Shown: positions 17,558-26,230, counted from the stretch's first letter. The stretch: 32,000 bases of DNA from Geotalea uraniireducens Rf4 (GCF_000016745.1 NC_009483.1:3330001-3362000); one strand, 5' to 3'. Notes: generated by a model not told the origin, from the letters alone. Translations and numbers: made by a program.

Positions 17558-17578
17558 CTGGGGTCGGACCAAGCTAAC
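17558..17578 (+). repeat. Left copy of a 21-bp perfect inverted repeat (CTGGGGTCGGACCAAGCTAAC)
   Basis: Exact reverse complement of 19813-19833. Together the two copies bracket the second Y1 transposase gene. Confidence 0.9.
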
Positions 17579-17666
17579 ATGCCGCAATTATTTATTAATG
17601 CAGCAAATTAGACCCGTTTTTCAGCCTTAAAGGCATATTTTCATGGCAAAAAAGGGCCCCTAAATA

Positions 17667-17746
17667 ATGGCACGTGCGAACCGACATCATATTCCAGGGC
17701 AGGTGTGGCACATTACCCACCGTTGCCACAAAAAAGAATTTCTTTT
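17667..17746 (+). pseudogene. Second Y1/RAYT-like transposase, N-terminal fragment (split by IS4-family element)
   Basis: Reads MARANRHHIPGQVWHITHRCHKKEFL, then the IS4-type inverted repeat begins. Confidence 0.75.
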
Positions 17747-19081
17747 CAGTAACTTCCGGTTAGGTTTTTGCACGACGTTTCTTACGTTTCAACTGTCTAA
17801 TTTTGTTTGAGTTACCTTGTATTCTTGTGCGACGGCTCTGCTGTTCGGCTGCTGCTTCATTTGCAATCTGATTGCGTAATTCTCGTACCCTGCTAATGCT
17901 GACTGGCTCCTGGTGCTGCTCACGGCAATAGATGGCTAGCAGCAGATAGGTGATGAGACCACCAAGTATTTGAACCATGAGACCATATTCGCTTCTGGCA
18001 ATCAGGTGATACACCTTTAGGTGGCGTTTCCACCAACCGAAGAAGGTCTCTATGTTCCAGCGCAGTTTATAAACCTGGGCCACTTCTTCAGCCGTCAGGT
18101 CGTATCTGTTGGTTGCTACCCAGTAGTCCTTGCCGTCAATACGGTAACCAACAAGGCGCAGCTCTTTCTCAGTCTGGTTTATACCTTTGGTGCCGAGAAG
18201 TACTATCTGGTCATAGAAGACAATACTGTCAGGATTTACGGCATTCTCTCTGATGACGGTTTTGTGTGTATTCTCCCTGATACGGCAGACAAAAAACTTC
18301 TCGGCGGCCTGCCACTGGTCAAAGTGATTATGAGACTGATACCCACGATCCATGACACCGGTTTCGCCTTTGTCGATGATCTTATCAACAAAGGGGCGCT
18401 CACCCTCTTTACCGTCGGTCAGGAATATCTTCCTTGGAATACCACGGTTGATATCGAAGCCGATATGGGCCTTGGCCTTCTTAGAGCCGCTTCGGTAATC
18501 TGCCCATTCCATAGATAGAACAGCATCTATCAAAGAACCGTCTATGGATACCAGATTGCCAAGGTGAGCATATTCATCGGGAAGCACTCTGCCTGCTTGC
18601 TTGACAAGATGCCCGAATACCTCGGAAAGCTGTTCAAGACCACGGTTGTTGATTGCCTCAAAGAAAGAGCTCTTTTTGATTCCCTTGGGGGGAGCAACAC
18701 ATTCCTTGGCGAAGTCATCCTGATCCAGCGCCTGGAGAAGTTCGCTCCCGGAAGAGAACTCTTCCAAGTGATAAAAGATCAGGGCTTTTAGCTGATCATC
18801 GAAAGTCATTTGCAACGGGCGATACCCCCTGGATTCAAGTTCATTATCTGACTTGAATCTCTCAAAAATCGGGGTAAGAAGCAATTTGAAAGCGCGTGAT
18901 TTTCGTCTTTGTTTCAGTCGTTTGAACGGTCGCATATCGTAACTCCTGTAATATTGGATAGTTACGAGTGCGGACCACCGTTTTTTTACTCAAAGTCAAG
19001 CAAATAATGCGGTATAACGCTGATTTTACAACTTTTTTACATTCTCAAAGAACCTTGCAAAGACCAAACCGGACAATGCTG
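17747..19081 (-). mobile_element. IS4-family insertion sequence (1335 bp)
   Basis: The left end is CAGTAACTTCCGGTTAGGTTTTTGCA. The reverse complement of the right end is CAGCATTGTCCGGTTTGGTCTTTGCA. A 9-bp direct repeat ATTTCTTTT lies at 17738-17746 and 19082-19090. Confidence 0.85.
17760..18935 (-). CDS. IS4-family DDE transposase (391 aa)
   Basis: Contains VSIDGS, GVMDRGY and YKLRWNIETFFGWWKRHL (Y-x2-R-x3-E-x6-K), the DDE_Tnp_1-type blocks. Confidence 0.9.
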   Translation of the reverse strand: MRPFKRLKQRRKSRAFKLLLTPIFERFKSDNELESRGYRPLQMTFDDQLKALIFYHLEEFSSGSELLQALDQDDFAKECVAPPKGIKKSSFFEAINNRGLEQLSEVFGHLVKQAGRVLPDEYAHLGNLVSIDGSLIDAVLSMEWADYRSGSKKAKAHIGFDINRGIPRKIFLTDGKEGERPFVDKIIDKGETGVMDRGYQSHNHFDQWQAAEKFFVCRIRENTHKTVIRENAVNPDSIVFYDQIVLLGTKGINQTEKELRLVGYRIDGKDYWVATNRYDLTAEEVAQVYKLRWNIETFFGWWKRHLKVYHLIARSEYGLMVQILGGLITYLLLAIYCREQHQEPVSISRVRELRNQIANEAAAEQQSRRTRIQGNSNKIRQLKRKKRRAKT

Positions 19082-19088
19082 ATTTCTT

Positions 19089-19817
19089 TTGAAATTCGCA
19101 AAGGATAGACGGCGCTGGCATTCCTGGCTCTTTGAAGCCAAAAAGCGTTTTGGCTTGAGGATTCTCAACTACGTGGTTACCTCGAATCATATCCACCTTT
19201 TGGTGATCGATAGTGGGCCGGATGTTATTCCAAAGAGCCTTCAACTGATTGCCGGGAGGACTGCCCAGGAGTTCAATCATCGAAAAGACCGTAAGGGAGC
19301 ATTCTGGGAGGACCGTTATCATGCAACGGCTGTTGAGCGGAATGAACATCTGATTCGCTGCCTTGTTTACATCGATCTGAATATGGTTCGTGCCGGTGTG
19401 GTAAGCCATCCCGTTGAGTGGGAGATGAACGGATACAACGAGATCCAGAATCCGCCTGAACGATACGGGGTGATTGATATGTCCGGACTACGGAACCTTT
19501 GCGGATTTACAGACCCCGAGCAATTTGCAGAGCAGCATAGGCAGTGGGTTCATGAGGCAATCAACAATGGCAAAAATCAGCGGGAAAGTTGCTGGACAGA
19601 GAGCATCGCTGTTGGCAGTTCAGGTTTTATTGAAGAAACCAAGGCCAAGCTTGGCATAAAGGCGGCAGGGAGAAGGATCGCAGAACAACAGGAAGACCGG
19701 TTTGTACTAAAAGAAGAACATGCACCTTACAACGCCGGTTTTCGCAACCAAATGGGACTTCTAAGCCCAGAAAACAGCTATTTTTTGGACGTTTCTCTTT
19801 TAGATTTCGCGAGTTAG
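19089..19817 (+). pseudogene. Second Y1/RAYT-like transposase, C-terminal fragment
   Basis: In frame with 17667-17746 after removing the IS and one TSD: ...HKKEFL-L-KFAKDRRRW... Contains VVTSNHIHLLV (HUH) and GAFWEDRYHATAV (catalytic Tyr block). The stop codon TAG (19815-19817) lies inside the right 21-bp inverted repeat. Confidence 0.8.
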
Positions 19818-19833
19818 CTTGGTCCGACCCCAG
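19813..19833 (-). repeat. Right copy of the 21-bp perfect inverted repeat
   Basis: GTTAGCTTGGTCCGACCCCAG is the reverse complement of 17558-17578. Confidence 0.9.
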
Positions 19834-19843
19834 GCCCCCCTCC

Positions 19844-19907
19844 GTTTGCCCTGACACCCTGTGTTTGCCCTGACACCCTGTGTTTGCCCTGACACCCTGT
19901 GTTTGCC
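19844..19907 (+). repeat. Tandem repeat, 19-bp unit GTTTGCCCTGACACCCTGT x3 plus a 7-bp partial copy
   Basis: Three perfect copies at 19844-19862, 19863-19881 and 19882-19900, then GTTTGCC running directly into the left arm of attC-like site F. Confidence 0.9.
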
Positions 19908-19955
19908 ATTGACCTGCCCTAACAACCCGGCAGGTCAATGGCTGGCCCGTTAGCG
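19905..19955 (+). other. attC-like site F (family 1, lacking a recognisable R'')
   Basis: GCCATTGACCTGCC-ctaacaaccc-GGCAGGTCAATGGC is a perfect 14-bp stem, followed by tggccc-GTTAGCG. The stem and loop are homologous to sites B and E (..CACCTGCC-ctaaaacc-GGCAGGTG..). The RYYYAAC side is replaced by the 19-bp tandem repeat. Confidence 0.5.
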
Positions 19956-20001
19956 GAAAAAATTGAAGGGAAATATATGTCCTGGAGTGGTCTAGCATAA
20001 C

Positions 20002-20367
20002 CTACCATTTGCCTATTAGCCTTATCTGTCTGCCGGAAGCTGATATCCATAACTGGCCATTTATCAATTCAGCTGCAATAGCCCCGGTAAGAGCACCCAA
20101 GGCATCAGCCGCAACGTCATCCCAACCGAAATGGTCATCAATTATATATTCATCCACAATCTCATTGATAATACCAGGGACCAAGCCTAACCCAGTAGAG
20201 GCCAATGTACGTTCAACCGGACCCATGTGCTCTGCGTAGTGATACAAGACAGTATCAGCTGCCAGTCCACAAACTGAACCTGTCCAGAAATGGGGGTACA
20301 GTGAAGGGTCAGTAGCAAAAGCTGGGGTGGGAAGCAACAGCAACACCAAGATAATCACATTTCTCAT
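20002..20367 (-). CDS. Small secreted/periplasmic protein (121 aa) of unknown function
   Basis: I prefer the internal ATG at 20367, preceded by AGGAGG, which gives the signal peptide MRNVIILVLLLLPTPAFA. The longer track ORF (to 20505) adds an N-terminus without an RBS. Confidence 0.6.
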   Translation of the reverse strand: MRNVIILVLLLLPTPAFATDPSLYPHFWTGSVCGLAADTVLYHYAEHMGPVERTLASTGLGLVPGIINEIVDEYIIDDHFGWDDVAADALGALTGAIAAELINGQLWISASGRQIRLIGKW

Positions 20368-20959
20368 GCAACCTCCTTTTTGCCAGTAAAAATACTTTTC
20401 CCGCGCCACCATGAATAGACTATCATTAGAAAATAAAAGGGCAATAGAAAAACTGGCAAATCTTCGTGTATTTTCCAAAATGGAGGTAATGTGTTTAAAA
20501 ACCATTACTGACTTATATATAGATAAAAGTGATATATGTTACAAACTTAATGCCTGCAATAGTCAAAATTATTAACATTTTTTTGGGTTACAGAAACATC
20601 ACTGCAAAAAAATCGGAGATTTTCTACTCCTGATTTCTCCCGGCAAGCCCCAAAAAGGAACGAATCCTTTTCTGGACTTTTCCACCACTTGTAGTTTTGT
20701 TTTTCGGATTGCTGTTCAGGTACTGGGATTTCATCGTTAAGTAAGATGAAGCAAGAAGCCCAATCGGGTAGCCGGGGGTCTTAGCCCCCCAGCCCCCCTC
20801 CCGTTTTGACCCTCTTCCGTTTTCCGATGCAAATCCAGTTGGTGGGTTTTCCGATATGATTTAACATACTTTTCACTTGGTCATAACTGTACGGCAATAA
20901 TGGTAAGTTACAGTGCCGCACAGTTTAATCTATTTTAACCGCAAGAAAAGGAGAACCAC

Positions 20960-22126
20960 ATGAAAAAAGCAGGTCTATTTTCAGTTTACGTGGCATCGGC
21001 AGCCATGGTGCTGCAACTGGCCGCACCGGCCGCCTCCTTGGCCAGCGCGGCAAAGAACATCATCTTCATGGTGCCTGACGGCATGGGGCTTGCCGACGTC
21101 ACCGCCACACGCATTTACAAGAATGGCCTGGACGGCGCCCCTCTGAACTTTGAGACCCTGAAGTACATTGGCTACCAGCGGACATACTCTGCCAACAGCA
21201 CCATCACCGATTCCGCGCCGGCAGCCTCCGCCTGGGCCTGCGGCGAGAAGTTCAACAACGGTGAGATCAGTTTCCACGGCGACGGCCGTCCCTTCAAGCC
21301 GAGCATCCTCGAACTGGCCAAGAAACAGGGGAAATCCACCGGTCTGGTCGCCACCTCCACCATCACCCACGCCACCCCGGCCGCCTTCGGTTCCCACGTG
21401 GTCTCCCGCAACTGTGAAAATGAAATCGCCCGCCAGTTTATAGAGGTGACCGGGGTCGACCTGCTGCTCGGCGGCGGCGTCGATAAGTTCAAATCGGTCA
21501 AGGCCGACAAATGTGGGACCAAAGGTGATTTTATCCAGGAAGCTCAGGACAAGGGATATGCCGTGGCTTACAGCAAAAAGGAACTGGACAAGGTGGTTAC
21601 TGACGGCAGCACAAAGGTCCTCGGGCTCTTCAACGCCGCCGGCCTGACCCCTGAATACACCCGCACCCCTGGAATTTCCGAACCGCGCCTGCCGGAGATG
21701 GCCATAGCTGCGCTGAATGTCCTGGAAAAGAACAAGCACGGTTTCTTCCTTATGGTGGAAGGCTCCCAGGTGGATTGGGCCAACCACGCCAACAACTATC
21801 CCTATCAACTGGGTGAAATGCTCGCTTTTGACGAGGCAGTAAAGGTCGTCAGGGATTGGATAAGCGCCGATGAAGACCGGAAAGAAAACACCCTGCTGAT
21901 CGTGGTGGCCGACCATGACACCGGCGGTTTCGCAATAAACGGTCCGCAGACGGCGCTTCTCAAGGCTGGTCAAACGGTGGAGGCGGGGTGGACAACCGGC
22001 GAGCACACCGGCGTTGACACCCTTATCTGGAGCGATGGGCCGGGGAGCAAGGCTCTGGCCAGAGCCATCGACAACACCGACATCTATGGCGTGATGGTCA
22101 AGGCCATGGCTGGCTCAAAGGAGTAG
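20960..22126 (+). CDS. phoA: Alkaline phosphatase (PhoA family), secreted
   Basis: AAGGAGA RBS and a signal peptide. Contains FMVPDGMG (metal-binding Asp), TDSAPAASAW (Ser nucleophile in D-S-A) and VEGSQVDWANH, ADHDTGG (metal ligands). Confidence 0.85.
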   Translation: MKKAGLFSVYVASAAMVLQLAAPAASLASAAKNIIFMVPDGMGLADVTATRIYKNGLDGAPLNFETLKYIGYQRTYSANSTITDSAPAASAWACGEKFNNGEISFHGDGRPFKPSILELAKKQGKSTGLVATSTITHATPAAFGSHVVSRNCENEIARQFIEVTGVDLLLGGGVDKFKSVKADKCGTKGDFIQEAQDKGYAVAYSKKELDKVVTDGSTKVLGLFNAAGLTPEYTRTPGISEPRLPEMAIAALNVLEKNKHGFFLMVEGSQVDWANHANNYPYQLGEMLAFDEAVKVVRDWISADEDRKENTLLIVVADHDTGGFAINGPQTALLKAGQTVEAGWTTGEHTGVDTLIWSDGPGSKALARAIDNTDIYGVMVKAMAGSKE

Positions 22127-22148
22127 AAAACCTCGCAAAAAACATGTT

Positions 22149-23693
22149 GTGAAGCCTGAAAAGGGTTGCCGATTGCGGCAGCCCTTTTTTTATCGTCAGC
22201 CCCGGACGCCCACTCCACCACGTTTCACCGTCTCTGATGGTGCGGTCACCGACAACCTGACCGGACTGATCTGGCTGCAGAATGCCAACTGTTTTGGAGG
22301 CCAGACATGGGCGGCTGCGCTTGCCAGCGGCAATAATCTGGCAAGCGGCGCCTGCGGCCTGACCGACGGCTCCACTGCCGGTCAGTGGCGACTGCCGACA
22401 CGGCTGGAGATGGAGAGCCTGGTGGATAGGTCAACGTACAATCCAGCGTTGCCAGACAACCATCCATTCATCAATGTCCAGGCTTTCTACTACTGGTCGT
22501 CCAGTACCTACGGCTATTTTTATACAGACTTCGCCTGGGGCGTCAATATGTACGATGGCGGCGTGAGCAACACCCTCTATAAGACGAACAGCAACTACTT
22601 TATCTGGCCCGTTCGTGGCGGACAGTTCGGTAATTCGGTCATTTCGGTTCTTCCCGCATCGATAGCTTTCGGTACCAGTAATCAGGTCGTCACTATCAGC
22701 AACACTGCCCCTGGCGGCTCCAGCAAGCTGCAAATCAATGCAATCGGACTGCGAGGGACCAACCCCAGCCAGTTCAGCATCAACCCCGGAGACGGTACCG
22801 GTGGCACCTGCGGCAGCACCACGCCGATCCTCACCCCCGGTGCCTCCTGCACCGTCACGGTCAGCTTCACCCCGTCAAGCTTAGGGACAAAGAGCGCCAC
22901 CCTGCGCGTCTCCGGGAGTGACGTGAATGCCCCCAACACCGATACCCCCCTGAGCGGAACGGGATTCACCGTCACAGGTAGCGTCAGCGGCGGCAACGGC
23001 AGCATCTCCTCTGCTAACCCCACCTATGTGGCGAACGGCGCCACTGCCTCCTTCACCCTCGCACCTGCCGCCACATACCAGCCTTCTACCACCGTAAGCG
23101 GCACCTGTCCGGTCGGCTCTTTCAACGGCAATAGCTACACCACCGGCGCGATTACGTCGGACTGCACAGTCGGTTTTTCTTTCGTGAAGAACACCTATCC
23201 ATTGACTATAACCTTCACTGGCACAGGCGGCGGTACAGTGGCTGTGCAGCCAAACCCGCCGGCCACCGACTGTACCGGCACGTGCAGTCAGTCTATACGC
23301 ATCGGCACTGCGGTGACCCTTGCTCCCGCCGCCAACAACGGTTCATCGTTCACCGGCTGGTCCGGAGCATGCACAGGTACCGGCGTGTGCCAAGTAACCA
23401 TGGACACGGCAAAGAGCGCTACAGCGACATTCACATACGCCCCGGCAAAAGTCGCCGACAATTTTTACACTACGGTTGGCGCGGCATTATTATCCGATGT
23501 TCTTGACGGCGGTACATTACAATTGCAAAGTATGGACTTAACAGAGACCATAGTGTTCAACCGTTCTGTTTCTTTCTCTCTTCAGGGCGGGTATGACCCT
23601 TTGTTCACATCTATCAACAATGCAACCGTTATACATGGCTCCATTGCAATAAGTGCCGGAACGGTGAACATCGACAACATCGTGATCATGTAG
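22149..23693 (+). CDS. DUF1566 (Lcl C-terminal-like) plus choice-of-anchor-D-like plus InlB-B-repeat-like surface protein; start codon unresolved, possibly 5'-truncated
   Basis: VTDNLTGLIWLQNANCFG...WRLPTRLEMESL is DUF1566-like. The NPSQFSI..GASCTVTVSFTPSSLGTKSATLRV and SFTGWSGACTGTGVCQVTMDTAKSATATF repeats are also present. The track start lies inside the upstream terminator. There is no in-frame ATG/GTG/TTG before the domain and no signal peptide. Confidence 0.55.
   Translation: MKPEKGCRLRQPFFYRQPRTPTPPRFTVSDGAVTDNLTGLIWLQNANCFGGQTWAAALASGNNLASGACGLTDGSTAGQWRLPTRLEMESLVDRSTYNPALPDNHPFINVQAFYYWSSSTYGYFYTDFAWGVNMYDGGVSNTLYKTNSNYFIWPVRGGQFGNSVISVLPASIAFGTSNQVVTISNTAPGGSSKLQINAIGLRGTNPSQFSINPGDGTGGTCGSTTPILTPGASCTVTVSFTPSSLGTKSATLRVSGSDVNAPNTDTPLSGTGFTVTGSVSGGNGSISSANPTYVANGATASFTLAPAATYQPSTTVSGTCPVGSFNGNSYTTGAITSDCTVGFSFVKNTYPLTITFTGTGGGTVAVQPNPPATDCTGTCSQSIRIGTAVTLAPAANNGSSFTGWSGACTGTGVCQVTMDTAKSATATFTYAPAKVADNFYTTVGAALLSDVLDGGTLQLQSMDLTETIVFNRSVSFSLQGGYDPLFTSINNATVIHGSIAISAGTVNIDNIVIM
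22160..22192 (+). terminator. Intrinsic terminator downstream of the phosphatase gene
   Basis: AAGGGTTGCCG (22161-22171), loop ATTG, CGGCAGCCCTT (22176-22186, one G-U pair), then a run of Ts. Confidence 0.75.
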
Positions 23694-23842
23694 TAACGAC
23701 TTGGAAATAAAGGATGAAGCCACGCAGACTGTCAAAATCGCAGCTGCCTCGTTGTTGTTTGAACACCACATGATAAACTATTAAAGCACATTAACCATGT
23801 ATCCTCGATAATAGGCCCACGAATAAAAAAAGGAGATAAGCC

Positions 23843-25138
23843 ATGTTAAGACAAACTGCTTACCGGCTCCTGGCCTGTTGTATGTTGTTCATGGTATCCG
23901 CCTGTGGCGATTCCGATTCCGGCAGCTCTTCAGCGGTGGTTGCCAACCAGGTGGTTCTCGAAAAGTCTGTCAGCGACAGTTATCAGGAGGTCAGGCACAT
24001 CGTACTGCGGGGCACCAATCAGGAGATCGGCAGGGCGATTGCCCAGCTGTCCAACGACTATTACCAGGTACCCCCCATGTCATTTGATTCGCTGCAGTAC
24101 AAGAACAGTAGAAACAGCTACATCCAGCAACATTTCCCGGCTTTGGCCGAGCGGCAGAAAGGTGTTGCCGCCTACTACGGCTGGGGCGACAGCGACTTGC
24201 ATGACAGTAGCGCCCTCTGGTACGACATGCAGCCGGTCAACTGTTCCGCCATCTTTTTCCCCAAAACCGTCACCGCTAACGGTCATTCGTTCCAGGCTCG
24301 CAACATGGATTTCTACACGGTCGACATGTATGAGTTCTTGAACCCGGGACATCCCGGAAAAGGGAACAAGCTGTTCTCCCGCAATTTTGTCATGGAGACG
24401 TACCCGCAGGATGGGGGGTATGCGTCACTTGTGGTCGGCACCTTGGACCTGCTGAACGGGGCCTATGACGGCTTCAACGAATACGGCCTTACCATTAGCG
24501 GGCTCGTCGACCAAAATTTGGGGAGTGATCCGAAGAATCTTGTGCCCCTGGCAGATTTGGAAAGGGTAGATGGACTGAGCTACCTGCAAATGGTCAGGGT
24601 CATACTTGAGGGGGCGCGCACGGTTGCAGAGGCCAGGCAGCTTGTTTCCAATCTCAAGGTCTACTTTCCCATGGACGGCATCCATTTTCTGATCGGCGAC
24701 CGTAACGGCAATGCCCTTATTCTGGAGTTTTCCGAGAAGGATCTTTCCCCCCGCTTTGTAGATCCGCCTTATCCCGGTCCAACCATCATGACCAATCATT
24801 CAGTCTTTAAAACGCCGACCATTAATACCTTCCCCACGATCGACTATACGCAATCGTATAACACCTACTATCGCTATATACGTCTGTACGATTATCTGCA
24901 GGCATCGGTTTTTCATAAGTATACGCCTGACGACGGGCTGTATGCCATGAGCCTGGTATATGGTTTCGTCGATGACGCATCTGAAGGGACGGCAAAGCCG
25001 TTGCCGCTGCGCACGGTCTGGTCGTTGGTGATGGACGTGGACGATCTGAGCATGAAGATCAAGTTTTATACCGTAGACAATAACACTTTTAAAACGCCGA
25101 TCTTTACGGACACATATACCTTCAGGCTGCAGAAATAA
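23843..25138 (+). CDS. Lipoprotein, C45/Ntn-hydrolase-like (autoproteolytic acyltransferase/linear-amide hydrolase family)
   Basis: AAGGAGA RBS and a lipobox (MVSAC). An internal PVN-CSAIFF is a candidate self-processing site and Cys nucleophile. It is followed by ARNMDF, GLTISG and IMTNHS blocks reminiscent of the C45/choloylglycine-hydrolase superfamily. Confidence 0.5.
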   Translation: MLRQTAYRLLACCMLFMVSACGDSDSGSSSAVVANQVVLEKSVSDSYQEVRHIVLRGTNQEIGRAIAQLSNDYYQVPPMSFDSLQYKNSRNSYIQQHFPALAERQKGVAAYYGWGDSDLHDSSALWYDMQPVNCSAIFFPKTVTANGHSFQARNMDFYTVDMYEFLNPGHPGKGNKLFSRNFVMETYPQDGGYASLVVGTLDLLNGAYDGFNEYGLTISGLVDQNLGSDPKNLVPLADLERVDGLSYLQMVRVILEGARTVAEARQLVSNLKVYFPMDGIHFLIGDRNGNALILEFSEKDLSPRFVDPPYPGPTIMTNHSVFKTPTINTFPTIDYTQSYNTYYRYIRLYDYLQASVFHKYTPDDGLYAMSLVYGFVDDASEGTAKPLPLRTVWSLVMDVDDLSMKIKFYTVDNNTFKTPIFTDTYTFRLQK

Positions 25139-25264
25139 AACCGGCATGGCAGTTGCCGCATAGAAATCAAAGAAAAGGCGTAAGATGTCTGCTAACACAG
25201 TCGCATAGACTCAGACGCGGCGTTACCATGAATAAGTGGACGGAAACGGTCTGCGAGGGGATGC

Positions 25265-25462
25265 CTAATAGCCGCTTTTCCCTCTTTTCTTTTTATGATG
25301 ATGCTTCTGCTGTTTTTCCTGTTCACCCAGGATAAAGCCGGTCAGAGCGCCGACAGCACCCCCCAGGGTTGCCCCGACCGCCGCATTGCCGCGTGGAACG
25401 GAGCGTCGGGAGGATGCTTTTGTCCATTGTCGCGAGCTGCGGAAGCCGCTCGTTCTCGTCAA
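25265..25462 (-). CDS. Small glycine-zipper protein (65 aa), start uncertain
   Basis: VGATLGGAVGALTGFILG has five Gly residues at i+4 spacing, followed by a Lys/His-rich tail. The only start is a TTG that directly abuts GGAGGA, so the start and the coding status are uncertain. Confidence 0.35.
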   Translation of the reverse strand: MTRTSGFRSSRQWTKASSRRSVPRGNAAVGATLGGAVGALTGFILGEQEKQQKHHHKKKRGKSGY

Positions 25463-25594
25463 TCCTCCGGGCAGCCGCTGTCATGAATCCCCTCGATAAC
25501 ACCCAGTGATTTCTTGCAATTTCTTAACATCTGGATTATTGTACCATCCACCAAAAGTCTTCCCCACAAAATGAACCACAACGGAGGCCACATA

Positions 25595-26230
25595 ATGCCG
25601 ATGCTGATAATCACCCTCATGCTTTTCCTGATGACAACTCCCTGTTCAGCCGCGGAAATGACCGTGGGAAAGTTCAGCACCGAAGATCTATCAGGATGGA
25701 ACGACAAGCCCTTCAAGGGAAAAACCACCTACGAACTTGCCAAGAACGACGAAAAGAACGTGCTCAAGGCCCACAGCGTCAAGGCTGCGTCAGGGCTCAT
25801 AAAAAAACTGAGCGTTGACAGCAAGAAGTTTCCGATTCTCCGCTGGTCATGGAAGATTGAGCATACGCTGAAAAAGGAAGACATTAAGACCAAAAAGGGT
25901 GACGACTTTGCCGCCAGGGTCTACGTGGTCTTTCCCCGCACCTTCTTCTGGCGGATGCGGGCCATCAACTACGTCTGGGCAGCCAAAATGCCGAAAGACT
26001 CTTTCGCACCGAGCCCCTACACATCCAACTCAATCATTGTCGCAGTGGAATCAGGGGATGAAAAAGTGGGAACCTGGGTCAGTGAAGAGCGGAATATTTA
26101 CGAAGATTACAAGAAAATGTTCGGCGAAGAGCCGCCACTGCTCGGAGGTATCGCCATCTTGACCGATACCGACAACACCCAGGACGAAGTGACGGCATAC
26201 TACGGGGATATATTTCTGCAAGGGCCGTAG
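25595..26230 (+). CDS. DUF3047-family secreted protein
   Basis: I prefer the ATG at 25595 after GGAGG (25583-25587), giving the signal peptide MPMLIITLMLFLMTTPCSA. The GDDFAARVYVVF and ILRWSWK blocks match my memory of DUF3047. Confidence 0.65.
   Translation: MPMLIITLMLFLMTTPCSAAEMTVGKFSTEDLSGWNDKPFKGKTTYELAKNDEKNVLKAHSVKAASGLIKKLSVDSKKFPILRWSWKIEHTLKKEDIKTKKGDDFAARVYVVFPRTFFWRMRAINYVWAAKMPKDSFAPSPYTSNSIIVAVESGDEKVGTWVSEERNIYEDYKKMFGEEPPLLGGIAILTDTDNTQDEVTAYYGDIFLQGP

Noticed and set aside
19844-19907. Possible CRISPR array (regular direct repeats)
   Set aside because: The 19-bp units are strictly head-to-tail with no spacers, so this is a tandem minisatellite and not a CRISPR array. No cas genes are present in the window.
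20870-20925. Possible Pho box upstream of the alkaline phosphatase gene (TGGTCATAACTGTACGG)
   Set aside because: There is only partial resemblance to the CTGTCAT-N4-CTGTCAT consensus, and the spacing between half sites is wrong. It cannot be supported without a position-weight-matrix scan or knowledge of the host PhoB motif.
20981-22006. 341-aa minus-strand ORF covering most of the alkaline phosphatase gene
   Set aside because: It is antisense to a gene with clear PhoA active-site motifs. The product is Gly/Arg/Val-rich and low in complexity, as is typical of shadow ORFs in GC-rich DNA. It has no RBS and no recognisable motif.
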